Part shown: positions 24,353-35,913 of the stretch, piece by piece
Layout of the letters: every line of letters starts with the position of its first letter
How positions within the stretch are numbered: the first letter of the stretch is position 1
Assembly: GCA_022813965.1 (NCBI GenBank)
Contig: JALDZS010000077.1
Location: 62,001-100,579, forward strand
DNA from: Toensbergia leucococca
Lineage: Eukaryota
Length of the DNA stretch: 38,579 nt
Direction of reading: 5' to 3'
The notes under the pieces: model-generated
Told to the model about the DNA's origin: nothing
What the model saw: only the letters and a program-made list of their open reading frames with translations
Databases searched by the model: none
Made by a program: the position numbers and the translations under genes

Positions 24353-24782
24353 TTAACCCCCGTGCAGCGTAGATACAAAGACAATCTGGTCCGCCTTCTG
24401 GATCTCATAGCTTCCCCCTCCTTCCAGCTCCCAATCCGCATCGTTAATAATAACGAGAATACCGGGACGCCTGGCGGCTTGTTAGCCCATCCGTGGTGGC
24501 CTGTGGAATTGGACTAACACTGTGCCCTCCTGAAGGAAACCTTCTTTTCTGTCGGCCTTTATGAAATGAGTGCAGAGGTAATGAATGAGAAATGTCATGT
24601 TTGCCTTTTGCCCTATGTCGTCGTGCTGCGGAAGAGAGATGCTGTTCTTCCGACAAGCCTTGGTTGAAAGCGTCTCAAGTCCACCACTTGATCCTATCAG
24701 TATTGAGCCTGGGGCATATTACAGATGCCCAGGCTTACGTGAACTCTACAACGATTGGTAACACATTCTCGAGGTCCAACAT
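24353..24782 (-). CDS. URM1: Ubiquitin-related modifier 1 (sulfur carrier for tRNA U34 2-thiolation), 3 exons, 109 aa; absent from the ORF track
   Basis: Exons 24782-24739, 24686-24519 and 24470-24353 splice to [22 protein letters not shown]...[42 protein letters not shown]. VEFxGGLE, [18 protein letters not shown] and the terminal STLHGG are diagnostic. Confidence 0.95.
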
Positions 24783-25052
24783 AGTGTGGGGCTTTGTATC
24801 CTTGACAGCTAAAGGAGTGATGTTTACGATGCAACGAACGTGGAGCTTCTAAGTGTGCAGACTGGAGAGTTGAAAGAGTGGCGAGAGTGGCGAGAGTGGC
24901 AAGTGGAGACCGGACCGAGGTGCCTTTCAGCTTAAAATCGTCAAACCCTAATTACAGACCCTAGGCCTCGTGGCCTTGTGATCACTGATCACTCTCAAAA
25001 CCCTTGTCTAAAGCACGAGCACAAGCAAGACGCGCACAATACATACGCCTTG

Positions 25053-27543
25053 ATGGTAACGATCCATCCTGACTACTTTGCCGCTGGTGGTAATAGGCAT
25101 CCTACCGCAGCTGATTGGGACACGGCAAGTGGTGTTCTTGCCTATGGAGCAGGCAGAAACGTTGCTCTGTGGAGACCATTGGAGTATCAAGGTCTACATG
25201 CGCTTCTTCGTGGTCATACAGATAAAGTCAATGCCATCAAGTTCTTTTCTTTGCCAACGTCGAAGCTTCAGATCATCATTAGTGGATCAGTCGACAAGAC
25301 TGTCCGGCTATGGCGAGCGAACCCTGTACGCTCTGTAGGCTTTGAGAGTGCGGCAGTGTTAGAAGGGCATGAAAACTCCGTCAACTGTATTGCGGTAGCG
25401 TCGGCTATCGGAGTCGTTGCCACCGGATCCGCTGATGCCACCGTCAGAATATGGCACATTGATGTTGCTAACAGCAATCTTCAAATACAGCTGTTGCAGA
25501 TCATTCCTATCAAACCTCGATATTTCCCACTGACATTGGCACTGAGTGCAATCGGTTCCAAGGAAGACTTGCTTCTTGCAGTGGCAGGTACGAAGAGCTT
25601 TGTTCAAATCTATGTCGCGGAGGCAAATGAGAACATCGTCGATTTTGGTCATCGAGCGACGTTGGCTGGACATGAAGATTGGATTCGTTCGTTAACCATT
25701 ACTTCAATAGACAACGAGCCAGAGAGCGGACTGCTACTAGCATCTGCAAGTCAAGATAAGTACATTCGTATCTGGCGTATTCATAGTGGTGAAAAAAACT
25801 CCCATTCCAATCGATTTGGACATGTCAAAGTCCCCGGAAATTCCGACATTTCTTTGTCAAATAAAGAGCACCGATTCATTGCGTCGGAAAAGACCTATTC
25901 ACTGACGTTTGAGGCTTTGTTACTTGGGCATGAAGACTGGATCTATACAGTCTCATGGCGCTCGAATAGTGAAAAAATCCAGCTACTTTCAGCTTCAGCA
26001 GACAATTCTCTGGCTATATGGGAGGCTGATGTAACCTCAGGCATATGGCTTTGCATCACGCGACTAGGCGAGATCAGTACTCAAAAGGGATCAACAACAG
26101 CTACGGGGAGTATTGGTGGCTTCTGGATCGGTCTGTGGTCCCCTAACGGCGAGACTGTGGTGAGCCTTGGGAGGACTGGGAGCTGGAGGCTTTGGAACTA
26201 CAATCGACGACAAGACCGGTGGATCCAAGGCATCGGAATTAGTGGTCATGTGAAAAGCGTGACGAGTATTGCTTGGGCTAAAAATGGGGCTTACATGCTC
26301 TCCACTGGATTGGACCAAACGACAAGATTGCATGCTCTTTGGAAACGAGAAGCAAGGCAATCATGGCACGAGTTTGCACGACCTCAGGTCCATGGATACG
26401 ATTTGAATTGTGTAGACTCGCTTGGCCAATCTCAGTTCATATCGGGAGCCGACGAAAAACTAATCCGAGTCTTTGATGAGCCTAGAGACGTCGCCGAGCT
26501 GCTCGAGAAGCTGTGTGGGATAAGCTCATCGTCCAACGAGACGATGCCTAGCTCTGCGAACATACCTGCTTTAGGACTTTCAAACAAAGCCGTTGAGCCT
26601 CCCGACTATGACGTAGCCTCTGATGCCGCTGATCTAGATGACCAAAAGACCGGAGAGCCCACAACTGCACTGGCAAGGCATGCACTTAATATCGACCACC
26701 CCCCCTTTGAAGACCATTTGGCGAGAAACACACTCTGGCCAGAGAGAGAGAAACTTTACGGCCATGGCTATGAAATCTCTGCCGCCGCATCGAGCCACGA
26801 CGGCACTATCGTTGCTACAGCATGCAGGGCTAGCTCGATAGATCATGCTGTTATCCGCATGTATGAAACCAAAGGATGGCGTGAAGTTCTTCCTTCATTG
26901 AAATGCCACTCCTTGACCGTGACATGCTTGCGCTTTTCGGATGACGATCACTACTTGCTTAGCGTTGGTCGAGATCGGCAATGGGCTGTGTTTGAAAAGG
27001 ACGATGTTCAAGGGGGTACCTACATATTGAAGTCATCCAATCCAAAGGGGCACTCGAGGATGATACTTAGTGCTTCTTGGGTTCCAATAAAGGCTGGCCG
27101 AATGTTTGCCACCGGTGGCAGAGACAAGGTCGTCAAACTTTGGCACATCCAGACCGACAAAGCAGTCACATGCAGGTCGGCAATTCCGGCAGCATCATCA
27201 GTGACAGCTGTGGATTTCTTCTCTCACATACCTCGACATAGTCTTCTTGTCGCTATTGGAACCGAAAGTGGCAACGTATCTCTTTATTGTTCTCGGGTAA
27301 ATACGCTAGATTTTCAAATGCTCCATAGGATTGATGATTTGTGAGCAACGATCTGATATAATTCTTTGCTGGTCAAGCTCTGACAATTGCAGACTACACC
27401 CATCAACACCTGTCACCCAACTCGCGTGGCGGCCAGTGGTGGCTACCCCTGAAGCTGCGAACGACATGGTTATGCAGCTTGCAGTAGCTAGCGAGGATAG
27501 CTCATTGCAGATATTTTCACTAAGTAGTATACATGAAGCTTGA
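25053..27543 (+). CDS. ELP2: Elongator complex subunit 2 (WD40)
   Basis: GGNRHPTAADW, LASASQDKYIRIW, FEALLLGHEDWIY, WHEFARPQVHGYDLN, PPFEDHLARNTLWPEREKLYGHGYEI and HSRMILSASW. One 3' intron starts at 27341. Confidence 0.94.
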
Positions 27544-27703
27544 CCCGATAGATATTTCTGAGCAAAGGCGTTGAGTGTGAGCATTAAGCCGGATTGGTTC
27601 GAGTCTCGGGCCATTTGGCATCCCTTTGAAGGACGAGACAAAGTTTGAACACAATGCAGAAGTTGGCTAGCATGTTGAAATGGCCGGCAAGTGGGTATAG
27701 TTT

Positions 27704-28614
27704 CTATCTCGCTTTCTCATTCCCGTAGCCTCCCTTCCCTTCGAAGCTCTCATAAGTCTTTCCTTGGCTCCTCTGTCCTTCCCTCGGGCCTCGTTGACTA
27801 AGATCCTCCTTCAACCAGGCGAGGACCAATTCTCCCAGCTGGCTATTTCCACTCTTCTGGATTCCATCCAAGTCAAACGTCTCCATACTTCCCCACTCCT
27901 TGAGGCAGCCCATGTGCATGTGCACCAAATGCGTTGGCCATTGCGCTAAGTTATCCAAGATATGAGTGGCATAGACAATGGTACAAGGCCTGATTTCAGT
28001 CTCCCGTTTCAAGAAGGCCAAGAAATTACTTCGACTCAGCAGGTCCAGATCGACGGTAATTTCGTCCAGTAGTAATATGCGCCACGGCCTTAGTAAGCCC
28101 ATTGCCAACTGTACACGTCTCCTCTCCCCGTCGCTAATGGCATGCATGCGCCAAGCTAGATCAATGTCCAAAACTTGGATCAGATTATCCCTCCGATCTG
28201 GATAGTGATTTCCGCCAACCGAAGCCAGCAATGTTGGGACGTCAATATCAGTTCGAACTATGGGATTGAGAACCCACTCGAGACCAAGGTAGGTCACACC
28301 CTCAAGACTGTCTTTGAAGGGGTCGACGCCAGCGATACTGACGGTGTTGCTTGGCGCAAGACGTTTACCAGAGAGGAGGCGAAGGAAGGTGGTTTTACCG
28401 GCGCCGTTAGCTTGTATCCGTGTTAGGAGTTTCCCATTCAATTTGAGATGAGCAAAGAGTTGAGTTTACCGCCGATGAGTAAGGTGCGACTGCCGGGAGG
28501 GAGACTGATTACTACATCTTTTAACCCGGAGCTGCCGTCGGGGAAGGCGTAGGAAAGAGATCTAACATCAATTGACGGTGCCAGTTCCTTTGGGGTACCA
28601 TTGACGGTCGACAT
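27704..28614 (-). CDS. CAF16: Soluble ABC ATPase, CCR4-associated factor 16-like (2 exons)
   Basis: SRTLLIG|ANGAGKTT Walker A, WRMHAISDGERRRVQLAMGL (ABC signature variant), LLLDEITVDLD Walker B and YATHILD. No transmembrane domain. Confidence 0.85.
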
Positions 28615-28949
28615 TGAGTATAAAGTAAGTCGGGTGAATAAATAGCGTAAGGAGCGGTTTTACATTGTCGGTTTTGAATGTTTGGTCGCTGTACTCTACT
28701 CCGTACTCCGTATCCGTACCTGAAATCAATGACGCACTCGAATGATTGAGCGATAAACTAAATAATCGCCGGGACGTCCCTGCATCATCTGCATGTCACT
28801 CACCACTCACCAGATCATAGGCAAGGCTGAACTGCGTGCAGCAGCCAGACGACACTACTCATTCTGCTCCGTAAAGTATTCGTACGGATACTCGTACACT
28901 CAGAGCATTCATAAAACGTCTGTTTCTTCAATCCCGCTCTTTTGATCAC

Positions 28950-30431
28950 ATGCTGCGCTCATCGGCTTCAAGGCTTTCCATGTCGCCGAGTCGTCCGCAA
29001 AACCCTCTGATTACAGTTATTGGCGCAACGGGAACTGGCAAATCTGAGGTGAGTGCCTACTACTAGGAAAGCCAAAACGAGAACCCTCTTACGCAAGCCA
29101 TAGCTTGCTGTAGCATTGGCCGAGCGCTTCAATGGCGAGATCGTCAACGGCGATGCCCTGCAGATGTACGAAGGTCTTCCCATTGCCACGAATAAAATCC
29201 CAGCAAATCAGAGAAAGTTTATCCCTCATCATCTACTGGGATGCGTTAAGTTGGAGGAAGAACCCTGGAGGGTGGGCAAATTTACCGAGAGAGCAACTTC
29301 GGTGATCGAAGAGATCAGATCGCGGGGGAGATTGCCAATCTTGGTGGGTGGCACGCATTACTACACTCAGTCTTTGCTATTTCCATATACACTTGTGAAA
29401 GAACCTGAAGGCGAGGAAATGACACTGGAAGAGCAAGAGAAGACATGGCCTATACTAGGCGGTAGCACAATAGAAATGCTGGAAGAATTGGCAAAGTTTG
29501 ACCCCATCATGGCAAAGCGATGGCACCCAAGCGATCAGCGAAAAATCAGGCGTAGTCTAATGATATGGTTGAAAACTGGCAAGAAAGCTTCCGAAATTTA
29601 TGAGCAACAAAGACAGAGAAGGTTTGCCGTTGTTCCAGGTTATCCAAAGATCTGCAATGGAATGCTGACTATAGTAGCCATAGCTCTACATCCGAGGCAA
29701 GATCTCTGTTACGGTATGATCCGTTGATTTTCTGGGTTCATGCCTCTGATGATGCCTTGGAGATGAGACTGGCAGCCCGTGTCGATGTTATGATACAAAA
29801 AGGACTCCTCGTCGAGGTTGAGCTGATGTCTGATTTTCTTCGCAAGCAGGATAGTGAAGGACGATTTATCGATCAGAGCCGTGGTATCTGGGTTGCTATC
29901 GGCTTCAAGGAATTCAAGCCGTACGTTTCCGCGTCTAGAGAACATGGTATAGACTTGGGAAAGTTGGAGGCTCTCAAGCGCAGCGGAATCGAGATGACGA
30001 AGATTGCAACCAGGCAATTAGCTAAAAGACAGGCTCGTTGGATCAAGCTGAGGTTCATGCCTGCACTCACGAAGGCTAATGCGAAAGATAGGATATTTCT
30101 TCTAGATGGCAGCGATCTCTCGCTCTGGTCGAGTAGTGTCGTAGCACCTGCAAGCGCTACCACAGCGGCTTTCCTGAATGGGGAGTCTCTTCCGGATCCT
30201 TCGGCCATCTCAGATACAGCGAGGACTATATTTTTGACTAACGAAGAGGAACAAGATCAAAGTCAAAAAGATCTACATGCTAGGTATTGCGATATTTGTG
30301 ATTTGTATCTGATGACGGAGGAAGAGATGGCCCGCCACCTCAAAGGCAAGAAACACAAAAAGGCGAGTAAACCACCAATTCTACGAAAGATGAAATCACA
30401 CAAGGATTCAACATCGGATGTACAATCTTAG
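28950..30431 (+). CDS. MOD5: tRNA dimethylallyltransferase (i6A37) with a C-terminal zinc finger; in-frame AUGs at 28950 and 28980
   Basis: VIGATGTGKS, GEIVNGDALQMYEGLPIATNK, IPHHLLG, PILVGGTHYY, WHPSDQRKIRRSL, IGFKEF, ATRQLAKRQARWI and CDICD...HLKGKKH. Introns 29049-29103 and 29622 to about 29674. Confidence 0.94.
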
Positions 30432-31185
30432 ACAATCTAGAGTATGATGCAACAGCAAAGCGTAACTGCTGATGACAGTTCTGTATCTACCATCCGAGAG
30501 TGTAGAATAACTGGGCATCGTTCCACTATCTATACTTTGGGTGTAGCTTCGAAGGACAAGCGCCGTTGACAAAATTGTTGGAGGATTCTCGTTTTTTCAA
30601 ATACCCAATGTGTCAATCGGGGACGGAGCCATAGGAAAGGTTTCTCATGGTGCCAGAAGGCACAGATTGTGATAATTTGCTACTAGGCCACACCCTAGAA
30701 AAGCAGATTGAACCGGATCATCAATGAGAGGAACACAAGGAGCTTGAGATGAGGCGGGAAGATGCTAACAAAAGGCAGCATTCATAAAAGAGCATGGAGC
30801 AGAGGGCTGCAAGTCTTCTGGTTCAACATTGCAGAAGGGTACTCGTACTCGTCTTCACTGTTAATTTGGAGGATGTGTAGCCACAAGATAGTTGCAAGGT
30901 TTGACATTCAATAGAAATTCTGATCATTGAGGTTGAGCTTCAGCACTTCAACTTTCAGGGGACGAGTTGATCACGTGACAGGGCGTCAATTTCCTGATGA
31001 AGACATGACGTTGACCGTCAGGGTTTGCACAGACACAGGACGCGATCATTTCAAATTTCTCTCTACGAATAATTTCTTTCAATTCACAAATAAGATTCTT
31101 CTCTTTAGGTTCGTCGTAGAGTTGCTTCCCAGTCGCTGCATCTAGATGCTGGTAGTCGTTCGATAGAATTTCAACCTCGCTTCTA

Positions 31186-32609
31186 CCTTGTCAAAAGCGT
31201 GTTTTGGCAGAAGCAGATCCTAACGCAAATCCTGCACCTGCCACCAAGAAAGCAGCATCGAGAATGGGCATGATAGAGAAAGAGAATCACACCTCTTCAG
31301 CACGGAAGAGTTTCAAAAAAGCCAAGGTGTGTAGCACTATCATTGGCCTATATGAGCTGGAGTTGACACAAAGAGGCACCTAGAGACGCGTCTTCCGAGC
31401 CCGCAATAGCTTCTAAGCTGGAGAAGAGCGCCGAGACTGCGACTGCCCCGGCTGTATCCTGGATTTGTATCTGTCGCCCAATAAAGGACAAAGCTCGCGA
31501 GCTAGGCCTTGATCTTGACGAAGCTGACGAAGAGAATGAAGAGCATAATGAAGTTCTGAGAGGGACCTGCGGCGGACCGTTATGCTTGTGCCAAAAGCCT
31601 GCAGACGAGCACCCTGAGCATACATGGATCATTTCGAAGCCCGGCTTTGAACTGCTTTTGAAATGGCAGGAACAGCAGGACAAGCGTGACCAGGATAACT
31701 TTGGTATGTACATATACAATGACTTCAGTGGATATGGAACCATCGAAGTCATGGAGAACGAGGTAAGATTGTCACGTTCAAGTGTTTGTGGAGCAAAACA
31801 GACTGATGAAACGACAGCTAGTATCCTTTGATAAGGAGGCGAAGAAACAACCGATATCTCCGTTGGGATTATGAGCAAACATTGAGGCTATGGCATGGTT
31901 TTTGAATGGCGATCTTTTCGCCTGGCGCAGTGAGTCTGTCCATCCCGTAATTCACTAACAGCGCATGCTGATACAGATTTCTAGCGTGTGACGACTCCAA
32001 GGGGAATGCAGAACTCGTCATGACTATTGGCACTACACTCCTGACTACTCTCAACGTCTTGATAGCTCATAATCTCATCAAAGACACCAATTCGGTCATT
32101 AGGAACTTCGGCCTCGTGTTGTGCCAATTCATCCGTTTCACCGAAGGTGCGGGCGATGACGAGCTCTGTCCCATGGGGGAGAATGGCTGGCGTAAAGCTG
32201 TCGTCAAGCGGGCGGATGAGCATGGCTTCAGGATCAAAGGTACAGCTGGGATCGACGAGACCATCGAGACCATTCGCGAAGAGATTGTGTGTGACGAGGA
32301 AGTTGCGCCGAGTGATAAGGAAATGAAGAGGAAGACGACTCTTGATCTGGAAGCGTACTACGATGAAGGCGAAGATAGGTCGTGGAAAAGGTGGGATTGG
32401 AAGCTAGAGGTACGTGCTGCGAGCTAGGACGAGCCTTTACGTCTGAAATCGGGATGTGGCAGACTGATCATGCTTTGTAGTTTGCGGCTTTCAAGAAGCG
32501 ACATGCGAAGCAGAGTGGACTCTCCAGCAGATCTGTTCTTGGTGGCAATCACTACGATATCACGAAGATGAGCGCCGCGGAGAAGAGGCAGTATGGGTAT
32601 CGTCCATGA
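31186..32609 (+). pseudogene. Multi-exon hypothetical protein gene with an in-frame TGA (31872-31874) and an apparently damaged 5' end
   Basis: The spliced frame gives CICRP...CLCQKPADEHPEHTWIISKPG...KRDQDNFGMYIYNDFSGYGTIEVMENE|LVSFDKE...PLGL*ANIEAMAWFL...WR|TCDD...WDWKLE|FAAFKK...GGNHYDITKMS...*. Introns 31763-31817, 31930-31984 and 32410-32480 are clean GT-AG. Confidence 0.65.
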
Positions 32610-33362
32610 GATAGGAGCCGGAGTAGATGGGAGAGTTTTCTTGAAGGATATTTGGCAAGCGGGGGAGCTTCGCATGGATGTAGTTCTCAGCATTGATGTT
32701 GAGTTGATTCGATTCAAGTTTGTATTAGTTTTGAGTAAGATGCGATCTCAAAAAATCCCCTTAATAAAAGAGACCTTGCCTCGGTTTTCTGCGTTCTCAC
32801 TCCTGCTATGGATTTTTCATACTGTATCCTGATGCGAGATTTATTACAGATTCATGGCGTGCAAATTGCAAAAAAGGCCTCTACCGTGAAGAAATGCACA
32901 GGCGAGAAGCTCGTCGTAGGATGAAGTTGATTGTCTCTAGCCACGGTGAGTTGGATGCAGGTCTAACAGTCCAGTACCATCGACTGTTCAGCACAGCCAA
33001 CCCCTAGAACCGTCTCGTCAAATAGTGGTAGGAGGAGTGCCATAACTCTGGAGCCGCTAAAGACTTCATACTCTTTGGAAGAGGTTTGCCTTGCAGAGAA
33101 TGCTCCAGACCGGCATGACAATAGGTGACCAAGGCACACGCCGTTCAAAGATGATCCTACCGCCTAGACTCATGGCCAAGACTTTGCAATCAAGCTCTAG
33201 TCTCAACCTCCTGCAACGATCTGAGCTCAGCCATATCCAATCATGCAATCGGAACGACCGCTCTTAAAAGCATTCCTCCATGGGCTCGGTATGTCGCCTC
33301 GATCGATCCAACCGAACAGGGGCGCAACGTCGGGATGAATAGATTCCAAGGGTTGGAATTTC

Positions 33363-34943
33363 CTACTCGGCGACATTTGTGCCTTTGAAGTCCTTTGCTA
33401 TATCCGACAGCCCACGGCTTCGCCACTCTATGAACTCGCGAGAGAGGATATCACCGTGGCCTGAGTCTTCTTGCTTGAAGACCTCTATCACCTGCGATCT
33501 CTCTCTCCGTCTGATACGCCAGACTCCTTCAGTGTCTACTGTAGATCTTAGCCCTAGTGCTCATTAGCTGCAGATTCAAAACATTGATAGGATTACGCAC
33601 AATCCAAGAAGCTGGCGGTAAAATTAATGCACAGATTACCATCCCAAGTACCTTCCCCTCCCCTCTTCACCATCCCTGGAATGTTCTTCGTCTCAAGCTC
33701 TTCGAGTCTTTGTAGAAATCCGTCTTTACTGCGAACCCCCACGATGATCTTCGGCACTCCGAGGAGAAAGGATTGTATCCAAAATTTCAGTAGCTTGCGC
33801 TCGTATTTGAGCATGTCTCGGTCACTCTCAATCTCTGCCGATGTTTTCAGTTCTACCCAGTTGATCGGAACATCCTTATCGTCAGGCTTGCAGTCCCATA
33901 CTAGCTCGCGATATCAGTAAACTTATACAGATGCGCATGAATGATCATGCTTACCAGCATCGACCTCGCCACCAATAACCATTTTGATCTTCCCTATGCC
34001 TGTCCGAACGATAGAGCAGTATTGGGCATGATTGTTCACGGTGAGTTCCTCGCGGCTTTCGATGTATTCTCGAGAAGTTGGATGCCACTGATCAGGCATT
34101 AAGGATAGAGTCTCAAATTTATAGCCTGGCAGACAAGATCAGCCATTCGTCAAAACATCCCACTGTGTTTGAGCATACCCCAGTAACTCATGAGGTTTTG
34201 CGAGGGTGCACCTGGTTGCGAAGGCTGGCTATGTTGCGCCTTTTTTTGCTCCAGCTTGTGTTCATGGTTCTCCTCGATAAAGCTTTGACAGTGAGTTGTT
34301 TCTAGCAAAAAAAGGATTTTCTTGAGAGGTTGCTTACATGGTCCCCTTCGATCATGTGAGCTGTCAGCAAGTCATTCTGCAAGGGTGCAGCCACTTGGAT
34401 TGGCCCACTTGGAATCTCGTAGCGTTCATTTCAAAGCTATGTCTCATCAGATAAGATATAAGAGAAGACGAGAGCTATATCTGAATACCCATTCGCATTG
34501 TCAAATGGCGTAGCCATTATCTAGTCAGCATTAGCTATTGATAGATCTCAGGGGTGATTAATAGTTTCCGCTGCCAACCTTTGTCATCATGCCCCTCCAT
34601 GTCATGATGTCGGTCTCGCATCTTGCACCGTTCCGTTTCTCGAGAGCAATGATAGTTTCCAAGAGACTATCTAAATGATCGTCTTCCGTATCATCAAGCT
34701 GTTGAAAGTTCGCGAAGCCTTTAGATAGATCCGCGCCAAGATTGGGAGGGTAATAGTAACGCAGCGAGCGCTCATCAAGATGAAGGCGGTGACCATCGTC
34801 ATAAGAAAAGTAGGCAATCTCCTGAAATGCTATCAGACAAATTACAACATTCTCAATGGCCGTGCCATGCACACCTTTGGTCTTCGGATTGCAGCACTGG
34901 AGCCACTGAACCTACCCAGAGGTTGGATACCAAAATAGTTCAT
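33363..34943 (-). CDS. RAI1: Decapping nuclease Rai1/Dxo family (multi-exon, includes an 8-nt exon)
   Basis: RPKEIAYFSYD, TWRGMMTKIMATPF, YWGYKFETLS, QYCSIVRTGIG, GGEVDA, WVELKTS, RKLLKFWIQSFLLGVPKIIVG and HGDILS. Confidence 0.93.
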
Positions 34944-35274
34944 GATGGAAAACGCATGCAGATACTATGGTGAGGATTAAACATGATTTTGGTAAGAAGC
35001 AATCAACTGTTAGAAACGCCGTCACAACATGTCGTTGATAATTACCGTGGTAGGGCAAGCTTAATCGTTAGCGAGTCAGCCCTATAACCCTTTGACTTCA
35101 ACTTCTCAATCCGGAGTACTCCGTAGCTCCGTAGGTATTGTCTAAATAGATTACCATCTCTGATACTGAAGACTTGAATGGTTATGTACATGTCCCCCTG
35201 ACTCCTTCCTAATTGTATGTCGTCCGAGGAAGTCTTCACCCTCTGGAACTCCTCAAAGCATCCGACTTAGCACC

Positions 35275-35802
35275 ATGGCGTCTAAGCCAATATCATCGCG
35301 ATCCACAGTCAATACTGGCTCTCACGTCCGTCGCAACCTCTTCCACCATCATCTCAGTAGACGACCTACCAGCGCTTCGACTTCTACCACTTCAACTACC
35401 CTTCAAGAGTCCCCACAAGATAACAATTCAGACATTGTTATTCGGGACCACAATGGCAATTATCAGGTTCAAGTGCCTCTTCTGCCGCCTCTAGACGAAG
35501 ACCAGCAACCGGAAGACGAAGGCAGAGAGAAAGAGAGTATGGTCAGATCATGTGTCACGATGCATCAGTCTTGCTTACATTGTACAGAGCTTGAGGCAAG
35601 GCTTTTGCAAACGTATAGAAACAGAACTATCCAAACTGGTGAGCCAACCGGTAAGTAAATGGGCAATACAGGTATTAGAGACCCGCATGCCAACGATTTA
35701 GCAGAGCTTTTGGTCGCTGTGCAATCGAGTCTACGGCGTAAGGTAGCGTCTCTAGAAGATGACAATTGGATCTTTGAAGCAGAGCAGGAAACGCCTAGCT
35801 AG
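35275..35802 (+). CDS. Small hypothetical protein (3 exons)
   Basis: ATG in good context (accATGg). Reads VRRNLFHHHLSRRP...DIVIRDHNGNY...SLRRKVASLEDDNWIFEAE, with two GT-AG introns that keep the frame. Confidence 0.7.
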
Positions 35803-35913
35803 GGACCAATCCGTCATATGTGAACAATTCGGAAATAATCACAGAAGAAAAGATAAGAAGACATGAAGGTCACTTTATCGTCAACCTACACAATTCCGGA
35901 CACTGCTTTATAC

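Noticed and set aside
24444..24852. ORF-track calls of 70 aa (-) and 86 aa (+)
   Set aside because: They are off-frame or antisense shadows of the spliced URM1 gene.
24978..25052. N-terminal extension of ELP2 from GTG 24978
   Set aside because: ORF-caller artefact. Recognisable sequence starts after ATG 25053.
29622..29724. Apparent frameshift in MOD5
   Set aside because: Explained by a GT-AG intron with a GCTGAC branch site.
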